From: Macrostomum lignano
Lineage: Eukaryota
DNA length: 64,000 bases
Assembly (NCBI GenBank): GCA_002269645.1
Contig: NIVC01003772.1
Location: 67,627 to 131,626 of the forward strand
Direction: 5' to 3'
Every line of letters begins with the position of its first letter. Within the stretch, counting starts at the first letter, position 1. Below, in pieces: positions 38,701-49,300 of this stretch. The position numbers were made by a program, and so were the translations under genes. The notes under the pieces are model-generated. The model ran no database searches and was not told where the DNA came from. It was given only the letters and a program-made list of their open reading frames with translations.

Positions 38701-41700
38701 AGATGATTGGCGGGATGGGCAGTGCCAAACTCGAGAGCCTAATGCCCGAGCTCATCAACACCGCTAAACAGCCGGACATTGCACCGCACGTTCGGGACGG
38801 CTATTTATTAATGTTCGTCTTCTTGCCCAGAGTGTTTCAAACGGATTTCTCGCAGTACGTCAGCGCCACCCTGCCTGCGATATTGAGCGGCCTAGCTAAC
38901 GAGATTGAGTTTGTTAGGGAGACCGCTTTGAAGGCTGGGCAGACTCTGGTGCAGCAGTATTCTAAGATGGCTATCTCCCTGCTGCTGCCCGAGTTGGAGG
39001 TGAGCGGCTGACGCCAGTGAATAAGTCTTAGCATGCAGATATCGTCTGGGATAATCATTATCATCGACCTGTATCACATGGGATAATCAATTTCACAGAC
39101 CTGTATCATGGTGTCACACATGTATCACCAGAACAGTCACACAGGTGTCACCAGGACAGTCACACAGGTGTCACCAGGACAGTCACACAGGTGTCACCAG
39201 GACAATCGCACAGGTACCACCAGGACAGTCACACAGGTATCACCAGAACAATCGCACAGGTGCCACCAGGACAGTCACACAGGTATCACCAGAACAATCA
39301 CACAGTTATCACCAGAACAATCACACAGGTACCACCAGGACAGTCACACAGGTATCATCAGGACAGTCACACAGGTATCACCAGAACAGTCACACAGGTA
39401 TCACCAGAACAATCACACAGGTATCACCAGAACAATCACACAGGTACCACCAGGACAGTCACACAGGTATCACCAGGACAGTCACACAGTTATCACCAGA
39501 ACAGTCACACAGGTATCACCAGGACAGTCACACAGATACCACCGGGACAGTCACACAGGTATCACCAGAACAGTCACACAGGTATCACCAGAACAGTCAC
39601 ACAGGTATCACCAGAACAATCACACAGTTACCACCAGGACAGTCACACAGGTACCACCAGGACAGTCACACAGGTATCATCAGGACAGTCACACAGGTAT
39701 CACCAGAACAGTCACACAGGTATCACCAGAACAGTCACACAGGTATCACCAGAACAATCACACAGGTATCACCAGAACAATCACACAGGTACCACCAGGA
39801 CAGTCACACAGGTATCACCAGGACAGTCACACAGTTATCACCAGAACAGTCACACAGGTATCACCAGGACAGTCACACAGATACCACCGGGACAGTCACA
39901 CAGGTATCACCAGAACAGTCACACAGGTATCACCAGAACAGTCACACAGGTATCACCAGAACAATCACACAGTTACCACCAGGACAGTCACACAGGTACC
40001 ACCAGGACAGTCACACAGGTATCATCAGGACAGTCACACAGGTATCACCAGAACAGTCACACAGGTATCACCAGAACAATCACACAGTTATCACCAGAAC
40101 AATCACACAGGTACCACCAGAACAGTCACACAGGTATCATCAGGACAGTCACACAGGTATCACCAGGACAGTCACACAGTTATCACCAGGACAGTCACAC
40201 AGTTATCACCAGGACAGTCACATAGGTATCATTAGGACAGTCACACAGGTATCACCAGGACAGTCACACAGTTATCATCAGGACAGTCACACAGGCATCA
40301 CCGGGATCTGCAGGAAAATCATAACCACATCCCCGCAGGTCGGCCTATTCGATGAGAACTGGCGCATCCGGTACAGCAGCGTCCAACTGCTCGGCGACCT
40401 GCTCTACAAACTGAGCGGCGCCTCGGGCAAAGGCACCACAGTCAGCGCCAATGATGACGACACAATGGGATCAAGCAATGAGTTTGCTCGGATTGGCGAT
40501 CAGCTGGGTCAGGAGAGGCGCAATCGAGTGCTAGCCGGACTGTAAGCTCTTGCTCTGTGCTGATTATGCTGCTGGTTCTGTATATACTACTGAGTCAAGA
40601 TTTGCATACTACTTACTTATAATAGTACGAAGGTTAGCAATTATAATATAATACTACTCAGAATATTTTCATAGTACTTATATGTACTACTTACTGGGAT
40701 GTTAGAGCGTCAAACTCACGACTGAGAGGTCGGGGGTTCGATTCTCGACCCACTCGGAACAATTTGTGTCCTTGAGAGCAAGACACTCAACTCTGCATTG
40801 CTTCAGTTCACCCAGCTGTAAAATGGGTGCCAGCATTAGCTGGGGTAATTGGGGTGTGAGTGGCGACCCCCAGTCTTAGTCCCTGCAGGTGTAATCAATT
40901 ATTATTATCATTCAAGTAGTATATACGCACATCTATCATCCATATATACTTTATAAACCCACCCAGCTACGTGAGCCGTTCAGACTCAGCTCTGCTAGTC
41001 CGTCAGGCCTCCTGCCATGTCTGGAAGGTGGTTGTGCCGCACACGCCTCGCACTCTGCAGGCCATACTGCCCACACTGCTGCCAATGCTGCTAGGCAACC
41101 TAGCCAGCGCCAGCTCCGACATGCGCGAGGTGTCGGCCAAGACGCTTGGCGATATTGTTAAAAAATTGGGCGAACGAGTGTTGCAGCATATGATGCAGAT
41201 GCTGCAGACTGGCTTAGATAGTAGCGACGCCAAGCAGAGGGAGGGGGTCTGTCTGGCTCTGTCTGAGATCATGCGAAGCGTGCCGAAGGATCATATGCAG
41301 GTGAGCATTCTTTATTAATGTTAGGCTATGATGGTATTATTTGAATAACTGGCCCATAATCTTCAAGAATTGCCCTCGATCTCATGTGAGAATCGCCCTT
41401 GATCTCATGTGAGAATCGCCCTTGATCTCATGAGAGAATCGCCCTTGATCTCATGAGAGAATCGCCCTCGATCTCATTGTGAGAATCGCCCTTGATCTCA
41501 TGAGAGAATCGCCCTTGATCTCATGAGAGAATCGCCCTCGATCTCATTGTGAGAATCGCCCTTGATCTCATTGTGAGAATCGCCCTTGATCTCATTGTGA
41601 GAATCGCCCTTGATCTCAATGTGAGAATTGCCCTTGATCTCATTGTGAGAATCGCCCTTGATCTCATTGTGAGAATCGCCCTTGATCTCAATGTGAGAAT

Positions 41701-44700
41701 CGCCCTTGATCTCATTGTGAGAATCGCCCTTGATCTCATTGTGAGAATCGCCCTTGATCTCAATGTGAGAATCGCCCTCGATCTTATTGTGAGAATCGCC
41801 CTTGATCTCATGAGAGAATCGCCCTCAATATCATGGGTGATTCCGCCCTTAATTCCCCGATAGAACTGCCCTTGATTCCCTCATAGAATCGCCCTTAATT
41901 CCCTCAGAATCGCCTTTAAATCCCCCACAGAATGGCTTCACAAAGTTCAGTCTATTCCTTGAAACAATAACCTCAAAAAGTGGATTAACGAATCGCCCCG
42001 ATAACCACTGCAGTCCTACGCCGACCAGCTGGTCCCCACGGTTCGCCGGGCCCTTGCCGATCCGCTGCCAAGCGTCCGCGTCGCCGCATCGCGCACCTTC
42101 GACCAGCTGTACACTGTACTGGGCCAGCGCGCACTGGACGATATCGTTATCAAACTGCAGTCCGACCTTGAAGCCGGCAATGTTGACGATCCCGACGCCG
42201 CGCTAGACGGCTTGAAACAGGCGGTAGCCGCGAGAAGCGAAGTCGCCTTGCCGTATCTGGTGCCCCGGCTCACACAGGAGCCCGTTAACACGCGAACTCT
42301 GGCTATTCTTGCCTCTGTAGCTGGCGGAGCCCTGACCCCGCATCTGAGTAGGATTCTGCCAGCCCTGCTTGGCGCTCTGGATCCCGACTCTGAGGATCAG
42401 ATGGACCAGTGCAGGACTGTCATGCACAGCGTTCGGGACGATGCAGGCGTGCAGGTGAGAGCGGACTTGGGGGCATTGACAGACTGTAACAGACACTTTG
42501 ACAGACAGACAGCTACAGACACTATCACAGACAGACAGCTACAGGCAATTACAGACACTATGACAGACAGACAGCTACAGACACTATGACAGGCAGACAA
42601 CTACATACACTATGACAGACACAGCTACAGGCAATTACAGACACTATGACAGACAGACAGCTACAGACACTATGACAGACAGCTACAGGCAATTACAGAC
42701 AATATGACAGACAGACAGCTACAGACACTATGACAGACAGACAGCTACAGACACTATGGCAGATAGACAACTACAGACACTATGACAGACAGACAACTAC
42801 ATACACTATGACAGACACAGCTACAGGCAATTACAGACACTATGACAGACAGACAGCTTCAGGCAATTACAGACACTATGACAGACAGACAGCTACAAGC
42901 AGTTACAGACACTATGACAGACAGCTACAGGCAATTACAGACACTATGACAGACAGCTACAGGCAATTACAGACACTATGACAGACAGCTACAGGCAATT
43001 ACAGACACTATGACAAACACACAGCTATAGGCAATTACAGACACTATGACAGACAGACAGCTACAGACACTATGGCAGATAGACAACTACAGACACTATG
43101 ACAGACAGACAGCTACGGACACTATGACAGACAGACAGCTTCAGGCAATTACAGACACTATGACAGACAGACAGCTACAAGCAGTTACAGACACTATGAC
43201 AGACAGCTACAGGCAATTACAGACACTAGGACAGACAGCTACTGGCAATTAATTACAGACACTATGACAGACAGCTACAGGCAATTACAGACACTATGAC
43301 AGACAGCTACAGGCAATTACAGACACTATGACAGACAGCTACAGGCAATTACAGACACTATGACAGACAGCTACAGACAATTACAGACATTATTACCTCC
43401 CGCCTCTCCCGCAGCTCACCATCCGGCATCTCACCAGCTCAGAGCTGTCCAACCAGCCCCTAAACTACCGCTTGGGCGCCGCCCGCCTGTTGCACAGCCT
43501 CACCCAGCGCGACGACTCAGCTGAGATGCTCGCTGAGCACACCGAGGCCGTCCTGCGAGCCTGTCTGCGCAGCTACTGCATCCAGGACCCCAGGGTCATC
43601 GCCGCTGCCCACGACTGCCTGGCCGGTCTGGTGTCCCGCTGCCCCACCCCGTCTGAACTTGTCGCGCCGATTCGAACCGCAGTCCGTCACGTGCTCAGCG
43701 AGCCGCAGCACCGGGCTACCGTCACTCTGGTGCCGGGCTTCTGCTCGCTGCAGCCTCGCGGCATCCAGCCGCTGCTCAACGTCTACAGGGAGGGCCTGCT
43801 CAGCGGCCAGGTTGAGCAGAAAGAGGCCGCTGCCCTCGGACTCAAGGAGCTGATTGAACGGACCTCGCCTGACGCTTTGAAGTCGTCGGTAAGATACCCG
43901 ATGCGATACCCAGTCAGATACCCGATGCGATACCCAGTCAGATACCCGATGCGATACCCAGTCAGATACCCGATGCAATACCCAGTTAGATACCCGACAC
44001 GATGCGATACCTAGCTAGCTATTCAGTGCGATACCCAGTCAGATACCCGATGCGATACCCAGTCAGATACCCGATGCGATACCCAGTTAGACACCCGATG
44101 CGATACCCAGTTAGACACCCGATGCGATACCCAGTTAGACACCCGATGCGATACCCAGTTAGATACCCGATGCGATACCCAGTTAGACACCCGATGCGAT
44201 ACCCAGTTAGCCACCCGATGCGATACCCAGTTAGATACCCGATGCGATACCCAGTTAGACACCCGATGCGATACCCAGTTAGACACCCGATGCGATACCC
44301 AGTTAAATACCCGCTTACCACCTAACCCCCCGTCAACTGCCGCAGGTGGTAGCCATCACTGGCCCGCTAATCCGTGTACTCGGCGACCGATTCTCCGCCC
44401 AACTGAAGTGCGCCGTGATCGACGCCCTCACAGCCCTGCTGGGCCGGTGCGGCCCGGGCATGAAGGCCTTCCTGCCCCAGCTGCAGCTGACTCTGTTCAA
44501 AGCTCTGGCAGACCCGGCTCAAACTCTGCGATCCAGGGCAGCTTTGGCCATTGGCCAGTTGGCCAGCGTGCACGCCAAGCCGGACCAGATGGCCGCCGAG
44601 CTGCTGTCGGCTCTGGCCAAGCCCGACGCCTACCAGACCACCCTGCTGTCGGCCCTGCGCCAGTGGTGCCTCCTAGCTGGCCGCTCCTTGTCGCCGGCCG

Positions 44701-45808
44701 CCTGCGAATCCGTGCTGAACGCCGTTAAATCTAACAAACTGTGCGGCGCCGGAGCCGACGAAGAAACGGCGCGCGCCTGCGCCGGCGCCTGCGTCGGTCT
44801 GCTAGCGGCGGCCTGTTCGGCCGTGACCGACACCGCACTCGGCCAGTTTTTGCTGACGGCGCCACCTAGCGGGGCCAGCGACTCGGCCGCCTGGCAGGAG
44901 TGGCAGGCCAGACTGGCCGGGCTGGCCGCCTATCTGGGGGCGGCGCCGGCCGACAGCGTCAAGGAGAGACTGGGCGACATTGAGACAGCTGTGCTGGCCG
45001 CTGTTGGCAGCGATCGGTCTCAGGTTAGTATTAGCCTAGCTGTGTAGCTTCGATTCCTATCAGCTATGTGTACTTTGGATACATATCGGCTTAGATGTGT
45101 AGCTTCGATTGCTATCAGTTGTGTACTTTCGATACATATCGGCGTAACTGTGTAGCTTCGATTCCTATCAGTTATGTGTACTTTCGATACATATCGGCGT
45201 GACTATGTAGCTTCGATTCCTTTCCTTTCAGTCATGTAACGTTTCGACACATATCGGCTAGTCAACGAAGCAAATTGCTATTATTTTTTCTAAATGCACA
45301 AATTTAATTTTATAAACCCAACTAATGCTACTGTCAGTAGAAATATAAGCTTATATCTTGTCTAAAAACTTTTTATTCTCAGGTTGTAGACGCGGGCGTT
45401 CGCTGCATCGGACTGGCGCTGGCCAAGGCGCCTCAGTCGGAGCGCCTCGTAGCCGGCCTGGTGAAGGCGCAGAAGCACGAGAACAGCGACGTGAAACTGC
45501 TGACCAGCCAGGCCGCCTCCTTCGCCATCGAAGCCCTGCCAGACGATCAGCTGTTGAACTGCCTCGCCAAGCCGCTGCTGCCAATGCTGGCCAACGGCAC
45601 CAGAGAGAAAAACATCGGAGTAAAGGCGGCCAGCGAGCAGGCCCTGGCCGATGCCTGCCGGCTCTACCGAGCCGAGCGATTGACAGCCAGCTGTCTGGAC
45701 CGCCTGGAGCCGGCAATGCGCGACTCGGTGCAGCAGATTGTGGACCGGCTGGCCAAGAAGCAGTGGCAGCGAGTGCCCGTCTGCCTGGACCGCACCGCCG
45801 CTATGTAG
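16079..45808 (+). CDS. GCN1: GCN1, eIF2-alpha kinase GCN2 activator (HEAT repeats), ~2740 aa. 22 exons: 16079-16178, 16942-17137, 17733-17934, 22640-22771, 23165-23332, 24223-24591 (1-nt frameshift near 24382), 26837-26934 (GC donor), 27722-28243, 29758-30174, 31006-31564, 32426-33047, 34179-34812, 35068-35412, 35820-36386, 37656-38018, 38619-38999, 40339-40541, 40967-41300, 42014-42454, 43415-43888, 44346-45023, 45383-45808
   Basis: Diagnostic GCN1 motifs: [166 protein letters not shown]; exon sum 8231 nt is one base short of a multiple of 3. Confidence 0.93.
16360..16880. repeat. 21-bp minisatellite (gggtgtcaggaaagacaaaat)n, GCN1 intron 1
   Basis: Tandem units; related to the 20.2-22.5 kb array. 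Confidence 0.9.
17200..17725. repeat. 19-21 bp minisatellite (aatcgcccctaatctcaag)n, GCN1 intron 2
   Basis: Tandem units run into the acceptor ccctaatctcctgcag. Confidence 0.9.
17971..20174 (+). mobile_element. Solo-LTR-like 2.2-kb insertion in GCN1 intron 3
   Basis: Ends TGATGTAACC ... GGTTACAACA (TG..CA, 9/10 inverted match); flanking ATAA at 17967-17970 and 20175-20178 (4-bp TSD candidate); internal Pol II promoter motifs; no coding ORF. Confidence 0.55.
18818..18910 (+). promoter_or_regulatory. Pol II promoter-like cluster: TGACTCA 18818, TGACGTCA 18828, CCAAT 18848, TATAAAAG 18902
   Basis: Canonical order and spacing; two more TGACTCA at 18394 and 18405. Confidence 0.5.
20230..22490. 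repeat. 21-bp minisatellite (ggggtgtcagaatgacacagt)n, ~2.3 kb, GCN1 intron 3
   Basis: Highly homogeneous; source of the CQNDTVG and WGVRMTQ pseudo-ORFs. Confidence 0.95.
22825..23045. repeat. 23-bp minisatellite (tattggtctctatcccaccggtg)n, GCN1 intron 4
   Basis: About 9 units. Confidence 0.9.
23450..24170. repeat. 23-bp minisatellite (ttgggatttcattgggataatta)n, GCN1 intron 5
   Basis: Tandem units; reverse-complement relative of the intron 9 array. Confidence 0.9.
24650..26725. repeat. ~30-bp minisatellite (tggcgcctttctgacacttgattgattgat)n, GCN1 intron 6
   Basis: Tandem units with a 539-bp higher-order repeat. Confidence 0.95.
27150..27620. repeat. 21/30-bp minisatellite (acagcttag[gtaattag]ataattagac)n, GCN1 intron 7
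   Basis: Tandem units; not telomeric. Confidence 0.85.
28244..29720. repeat. (CTGT)n microsatellite, ~1.5 kb, GCN1 intron 8
   Basis: Starts at the donor GTCTGT; source of the CLSV pseudo-ORFs. Confidence 0.95.
30240..30900. repeat. 23-bp minisatellite (aaatcccaataattatccgaatg)n, GCN1 intron 9
   Basis: Tandem units lying between 32-bp direct repeats at 30152-30183 and 30944-30975. Confidence 0.9.
31600..32190. repeat. 23-bp minisatellite (agattggcgcctagatatcttag)n, GCN1 intron 10
   Basis: Tandem units. Confidence 0.9.
33092..33940. repeat. 18-bp minisatellite (tagcctaatgaggggttg)n, ~47 copies, GCN1 intron 11
   Basis: Last unit continues directly into a tRNA-derived SINE head. Confidence 0.95.
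33928..33990 (+). mobile_element. tRNA-derived SINE head (3'-truncated)
   Basis: A-box TAGCCTAATGG at 33933-33943, B-box GGTTCGATTC near 33979; homologous to 40700-40746. Confidence 0.7.
34035..34105. repeat. (GA)n microsatellite, GCN1 intron 11
   Basis: Pure dinucleotide run of about 70 bp. Confidence 0.95.
34850..35030. repeat. 21-bp minisatellite (gggtgagatttcgtttggata)n, GCN1 intron 12
   Basis: About 8 units, each carrying a G|GTGAG donor-like motif. Confidence 0.9.
35437..35750. repeat. (CTGT)n microsatellite, GCN1 intron 13
   Basis: Tetranucleotide run. Confidence 0.95.
36440..37625. repeat. 29-30 bp pyrimidine-rich minisatellite (ccctctctcccctcgatcccctcttgcaa)n plus CT-rich tail, GCN1 intron 14
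   Basis: Tandem units to ~37350, then degenerate CT-rich sequence. Confidence 0.9.
38050..38520. repeat. Degenerate purine-rich repeat (gattggggtgagattggagtgtg-like), GCN1 intron 15
   Basis: Recurrent motif with divergent units. Confidence 0.7.
39110..40300. repeat. 23-bp minisatellite (gtcacacaggtatcaccaggaca)n, GCN1 intron 16
   Basis: Includes a 345-bp (15-unit) higher-order duplication. Confidence 0.95.
40697..40870 (+). mobile_element. tRNA-derived CORE-like SINE, GCN1 intron 17
   Basis: tRNA-like head with GGTTCGATTC followed by gtgtccttgagagcaagacactcaactct...cttcagttcacccagctgtaaaatggg, resembling the MIR/CORE domain. Confidence 0.65.
41370..41960. repeat. 24-bp minisatellite (gagaatcgcccttgatctcattgt)n, GCN1 intron 18
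   Basis: Shares the aatcgccc core with the arrays at 17.2 kb and 56.1 kb. Confidence 0.9.
42480..43390. repeat. ACAG-rich minisatellite (acagacactatgacagacagctacaggcaatt)n, GCN1 intron 19
   Basis: Variable-length tandem units. Confidence 0.9.
43889..44310. repeat. 24-bp minisatellite (gtyagatacccgatgcgataccca)n starting at position +1 of GCN1 intron 20
   Basis: The first unit is the splice donor itself (GTAAGA...). Confidence 0.95.
45041..45260. repeat. ~54-bp tandem repeat x4, GCN1 intron 21
   Basis: tgtgtagcttcgatt-like start at 45041, 45096, 45149, 45204. Confidence 0.85.
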
Positions 45809-46300
45809 GCCCTCATTAATAATTCATGAACTGAACTGATACTTGACTGAGTAACAATAAATCCCAGTAACCCGTTAAGATAATAAAATTAAGAAGTTTT
45901 TCGTTGCGAGACTCAAATTTCGATAGCAATCAATTGCTGCTTGATGGAGAAAGAAACAATTCTAATAATAGTTGTCTATTGTTTATTTTTGTTTATCTGC
46001 GTCTATCGTGAGGGAATTGGAAGTAATCAGATTACTGAAATTATTTCAAGCAAATTGGCCGAATAAACAAGCTGAAAAAACTACTACTACTACTGCTGTT
46101 CAATAAGTAGGCAGAAATGCGCATGCAAATCATCACAAGCTGCAAAAGCTAAAAATTGATTAGCAAAGCTGCTTGTGCCGATAAAACATTAAAAAGTATT
46201 GGAGGAGTGCAGTGTTTTTATTAAAGTTCATCACATGCCACAAAAATGGAGCCTTGGCTTTGGAGATCATCTTTAGAGCGGAAGAAGAAGGCAATCCAGT

Positions 46301-49300
46301 TTAATCAGATTCTGATTCTTCGCCAGATACCATCGATGCAGCCAGGTGCACCTCCTCAACTGAGGGCGCGCTTGTGCGACCTGCGGAACAATTGGAAAGA
46401 ATTGCATTCGATTCGGTTTAGCTTGGGGACAACTCCCTCACCTACCTAGGTCTGTCTACTCTACCATTTCTTTCTGTGAAAGACACACAGACAGACAGGC
46501 AGACACAGGCAGACAGACAGACACTAAGACAGACAGACAGACAGACAGACAGACAGGCACACACACAAAGACAGACAGACAGACAGGCAGACAGACAGAC
46601 AAGCAGGCAGACACACAGGCAGACAGACAAACAGACACTAAGAGACAGGCAGACAGACAGACACTAAGACAGACAGACAGACAGGCAGACAAACAGACAG
46701 ACAGATAGATAGACAGACAGACAGACACTAAGACAGACAGACAGACAGACAGACAGGCAGGCAGACAGACAGAAAGGCACTCACGCTCGCGTCCCCGCTC
46801 AACAATGGAGTTGGCCCGCATGGCCAGCCTGGCGGTGGCAGCGATGGCCTCCACCGGAGAGCCGTCCTGCCTCGCAGCCGCGTCTCCAGCCACGTCGCCC
46901 TCGGCGCCACCAGAAGGATTAGCGAACGCGGTCGTCGCCGACCGAGTCACGGTGGACTCGTGCGGCATGAGTCGTTGCGGCGATCTGAACAGGTAGTTGC
47001 TAGGGTAGTGCCGCAGGTTGGTGACACGCTGGGCGTAGATATCGGCGTAGCGCTCCAGCTGGTAGGCGAAGCTGGTCAGGCGGCCCCCGGACCGGAACAG
47101 CGAGCCCAAGAAGCCGTAGGCGGTGTCCATCTGGCGGACAACGTCGCGAATATCGGCGCGAATGCGTTGGACCTCGCTAGCCGGCGGTCCCGGGTTCGAA
47201 TCGCTGCCAGCTAGAGTGCAGTGAAGGTACATTCGGCCCATCTCGGCTTCCAACCGTTGCAGCCTCTCGAACAGCTGCTGGTCCTGCTTCCACACGAATA
47301 GCTCGTTCGCCAGCTCAGGCACAATGAGCAGGGTGCGCCAGCCGACCTTCTTGGACTTGATGATGTCGCCGAAGATGTGATCGCCTGCGTACAGCACGTC
47401 TTTGCCGCGGCAGCCGATTAGGCGGGAGAACTCGGCGCAGGAGCCTGCGGAATGTGATGGGGAATGTTTCTGTAAGCTCCTTGGGGCGTCATTCAGCTGT
47501 GCTATTGAGGGTGATAATTGATCCTTTTAATTAACCTGTGCAACTTCATTTAATAAGGCTTTTTAATTCGTTCTGTGATATCTTGCTAGGTGAGGTGTTA
47601 GGGAGAGATCTCATTGAGAAGGGAGAGATTTAATCGAGAAGGGAGAGATCTCATCGAGAAGGGAGAGATCGCATTGAGAAGGGAGAGTCAGTTATAAAAA
47701 ATCGATATCCCTAATAGCTCTAATAGATTTACATGTGTAGCCGATATTGTTGCGTAAAATACTTTACAAAGCAAAATTCTAAATTGACATAAAAAGTTGG
47801 TGCACTTTAATTTCCAAATTGAAACACTGAAACTCAAATCAGCTTAATTCACCTACCCATACGTCATAAAAATAGATACCCTCAATATAGCTGTAATAAA
47901 AATGCACATACATTGCCGATATGTAGCGCAAAATACTTTTCAAAGCGGACTTCTATAGACTTAATAAAGTTAAACTTTGTTTCAATTGAAGCCACTCACC
48001 ACCCGAATAGACCACGCCAGACTGCAGCGGGCCCATGTGAGTACCCAGCTTGAGCTTGCCGCTAGAGCGATCAACCACGCGCAGTAGGCTACCCTCGGCG
48101 AAGAACTTCGGCTTGCAGGCGCTAACTAATACGTAGTTGAACATGCCCACCCAGTTGGGGCCCAACAGGTAGGACATGAGAGCGTCAGTGTACCAATACT
48201 CGGAATTAGTCAGTAGAAACACCTTCGCACCCGTAGCCTTTAACTGCTCCAGTAGATCCAACAGATCCGAGTCGGTGTGAACAAACTCGTCGATCTGTTC
48301 AACGGTGAGACGTTTCAACGAGTCGTCGTTGTGAATTGCGTCCGCCGCGCCTCGAACGTCATTGAATAGGGAGCGGTACGAGATGTTGAGCTCCTGGGGG
48401 ATTGGAGGGACAGCACACAATAACGGTGAGATAGGGTGAGAACGGGGAAAGCAGAAAGAATCATAGTGCCCTCAAACAGACCTTGTACACAATGCCGTTC
48501 CGTTCCACCGAAGCCTACGGCAGGGCCTTGAAGAACTCAATGATGGAGGCCATGCAGTAGATCTCCGGCAAATTAAACAGAGTATCGTACACATAGAACC
48601 TGTCGCTCAGCTGTACAAACTTATTCTCGTACCAGGAGTGAAGCTCAGCGGACGGCACTACTGTTAGGCCAAATAGGCAGCTTAATAAATTGCCAAACGA
48701 ATCCACTTTAAGTAGGCAGCCGCGATCTTTGTCAAACCACAAGCCTCTGATAGGGAATGTGTGATCGTATTGGAATTTGAGTATCTCGCTGGGGTAGCCA
48801 ATGTCAACCAGGCGGTTGAGCATTAAACGGAAGGCTGCAGATTCGTAGCTGGGTGATTTGTACTGGGCAAGGGTGTAGTCCATGTCGAATCCGTAGAACT
48901 TGATGCGGTCCAGCTGCAGACTGCGGTTCACGAATATTCTGGGCAGAGGTCAGTGGGGGAGGTGGGCACTGGTGAGGGATCTTTGTAGGCTAAACAATAT
49001 TCGTAAAGTACTTTGGCTGGACCAGCCTCCCAGTTCCTTAGTTGCTGGGCCAGCCTCCCAGATCCTCAGTTTCTGGGCCAGCCTCCCAGATCCTTAGTTG
49101 CTGGGCCAGCTTCCCAGTCCTTAGTTGCTGGGCCAGCCTCTCAGATCCTCAGTTGCTGGGCCAGCCTCCCAGATCCTTAGTTGCTGGGCCAGCCTCCCAG
49201 ATCCTCAGTTGCTGGGCCAGCCTCCCAGATCCTTAGTTGCTGGGCCAGCTTCCCAGTCCTTAGTTGCTGGGCCAGCCTCTCAGATCCTCAGTTGCTGGGC

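Noticed and set aside
35616-40545. Pro/Ser-rich and HRYHQ-repeat ORFs
   Set aside because: Intronic 29-30 bp and 23-bp arrays flanking true GCN1 exons
45790-45830. TAG codon reassignment to explain the NT5C2 and 60-kb in-frame TAGs
   Set aside because: GCN1 ends in TAG at the position where its remembered homologue ends, so TAG appears to function as a stop
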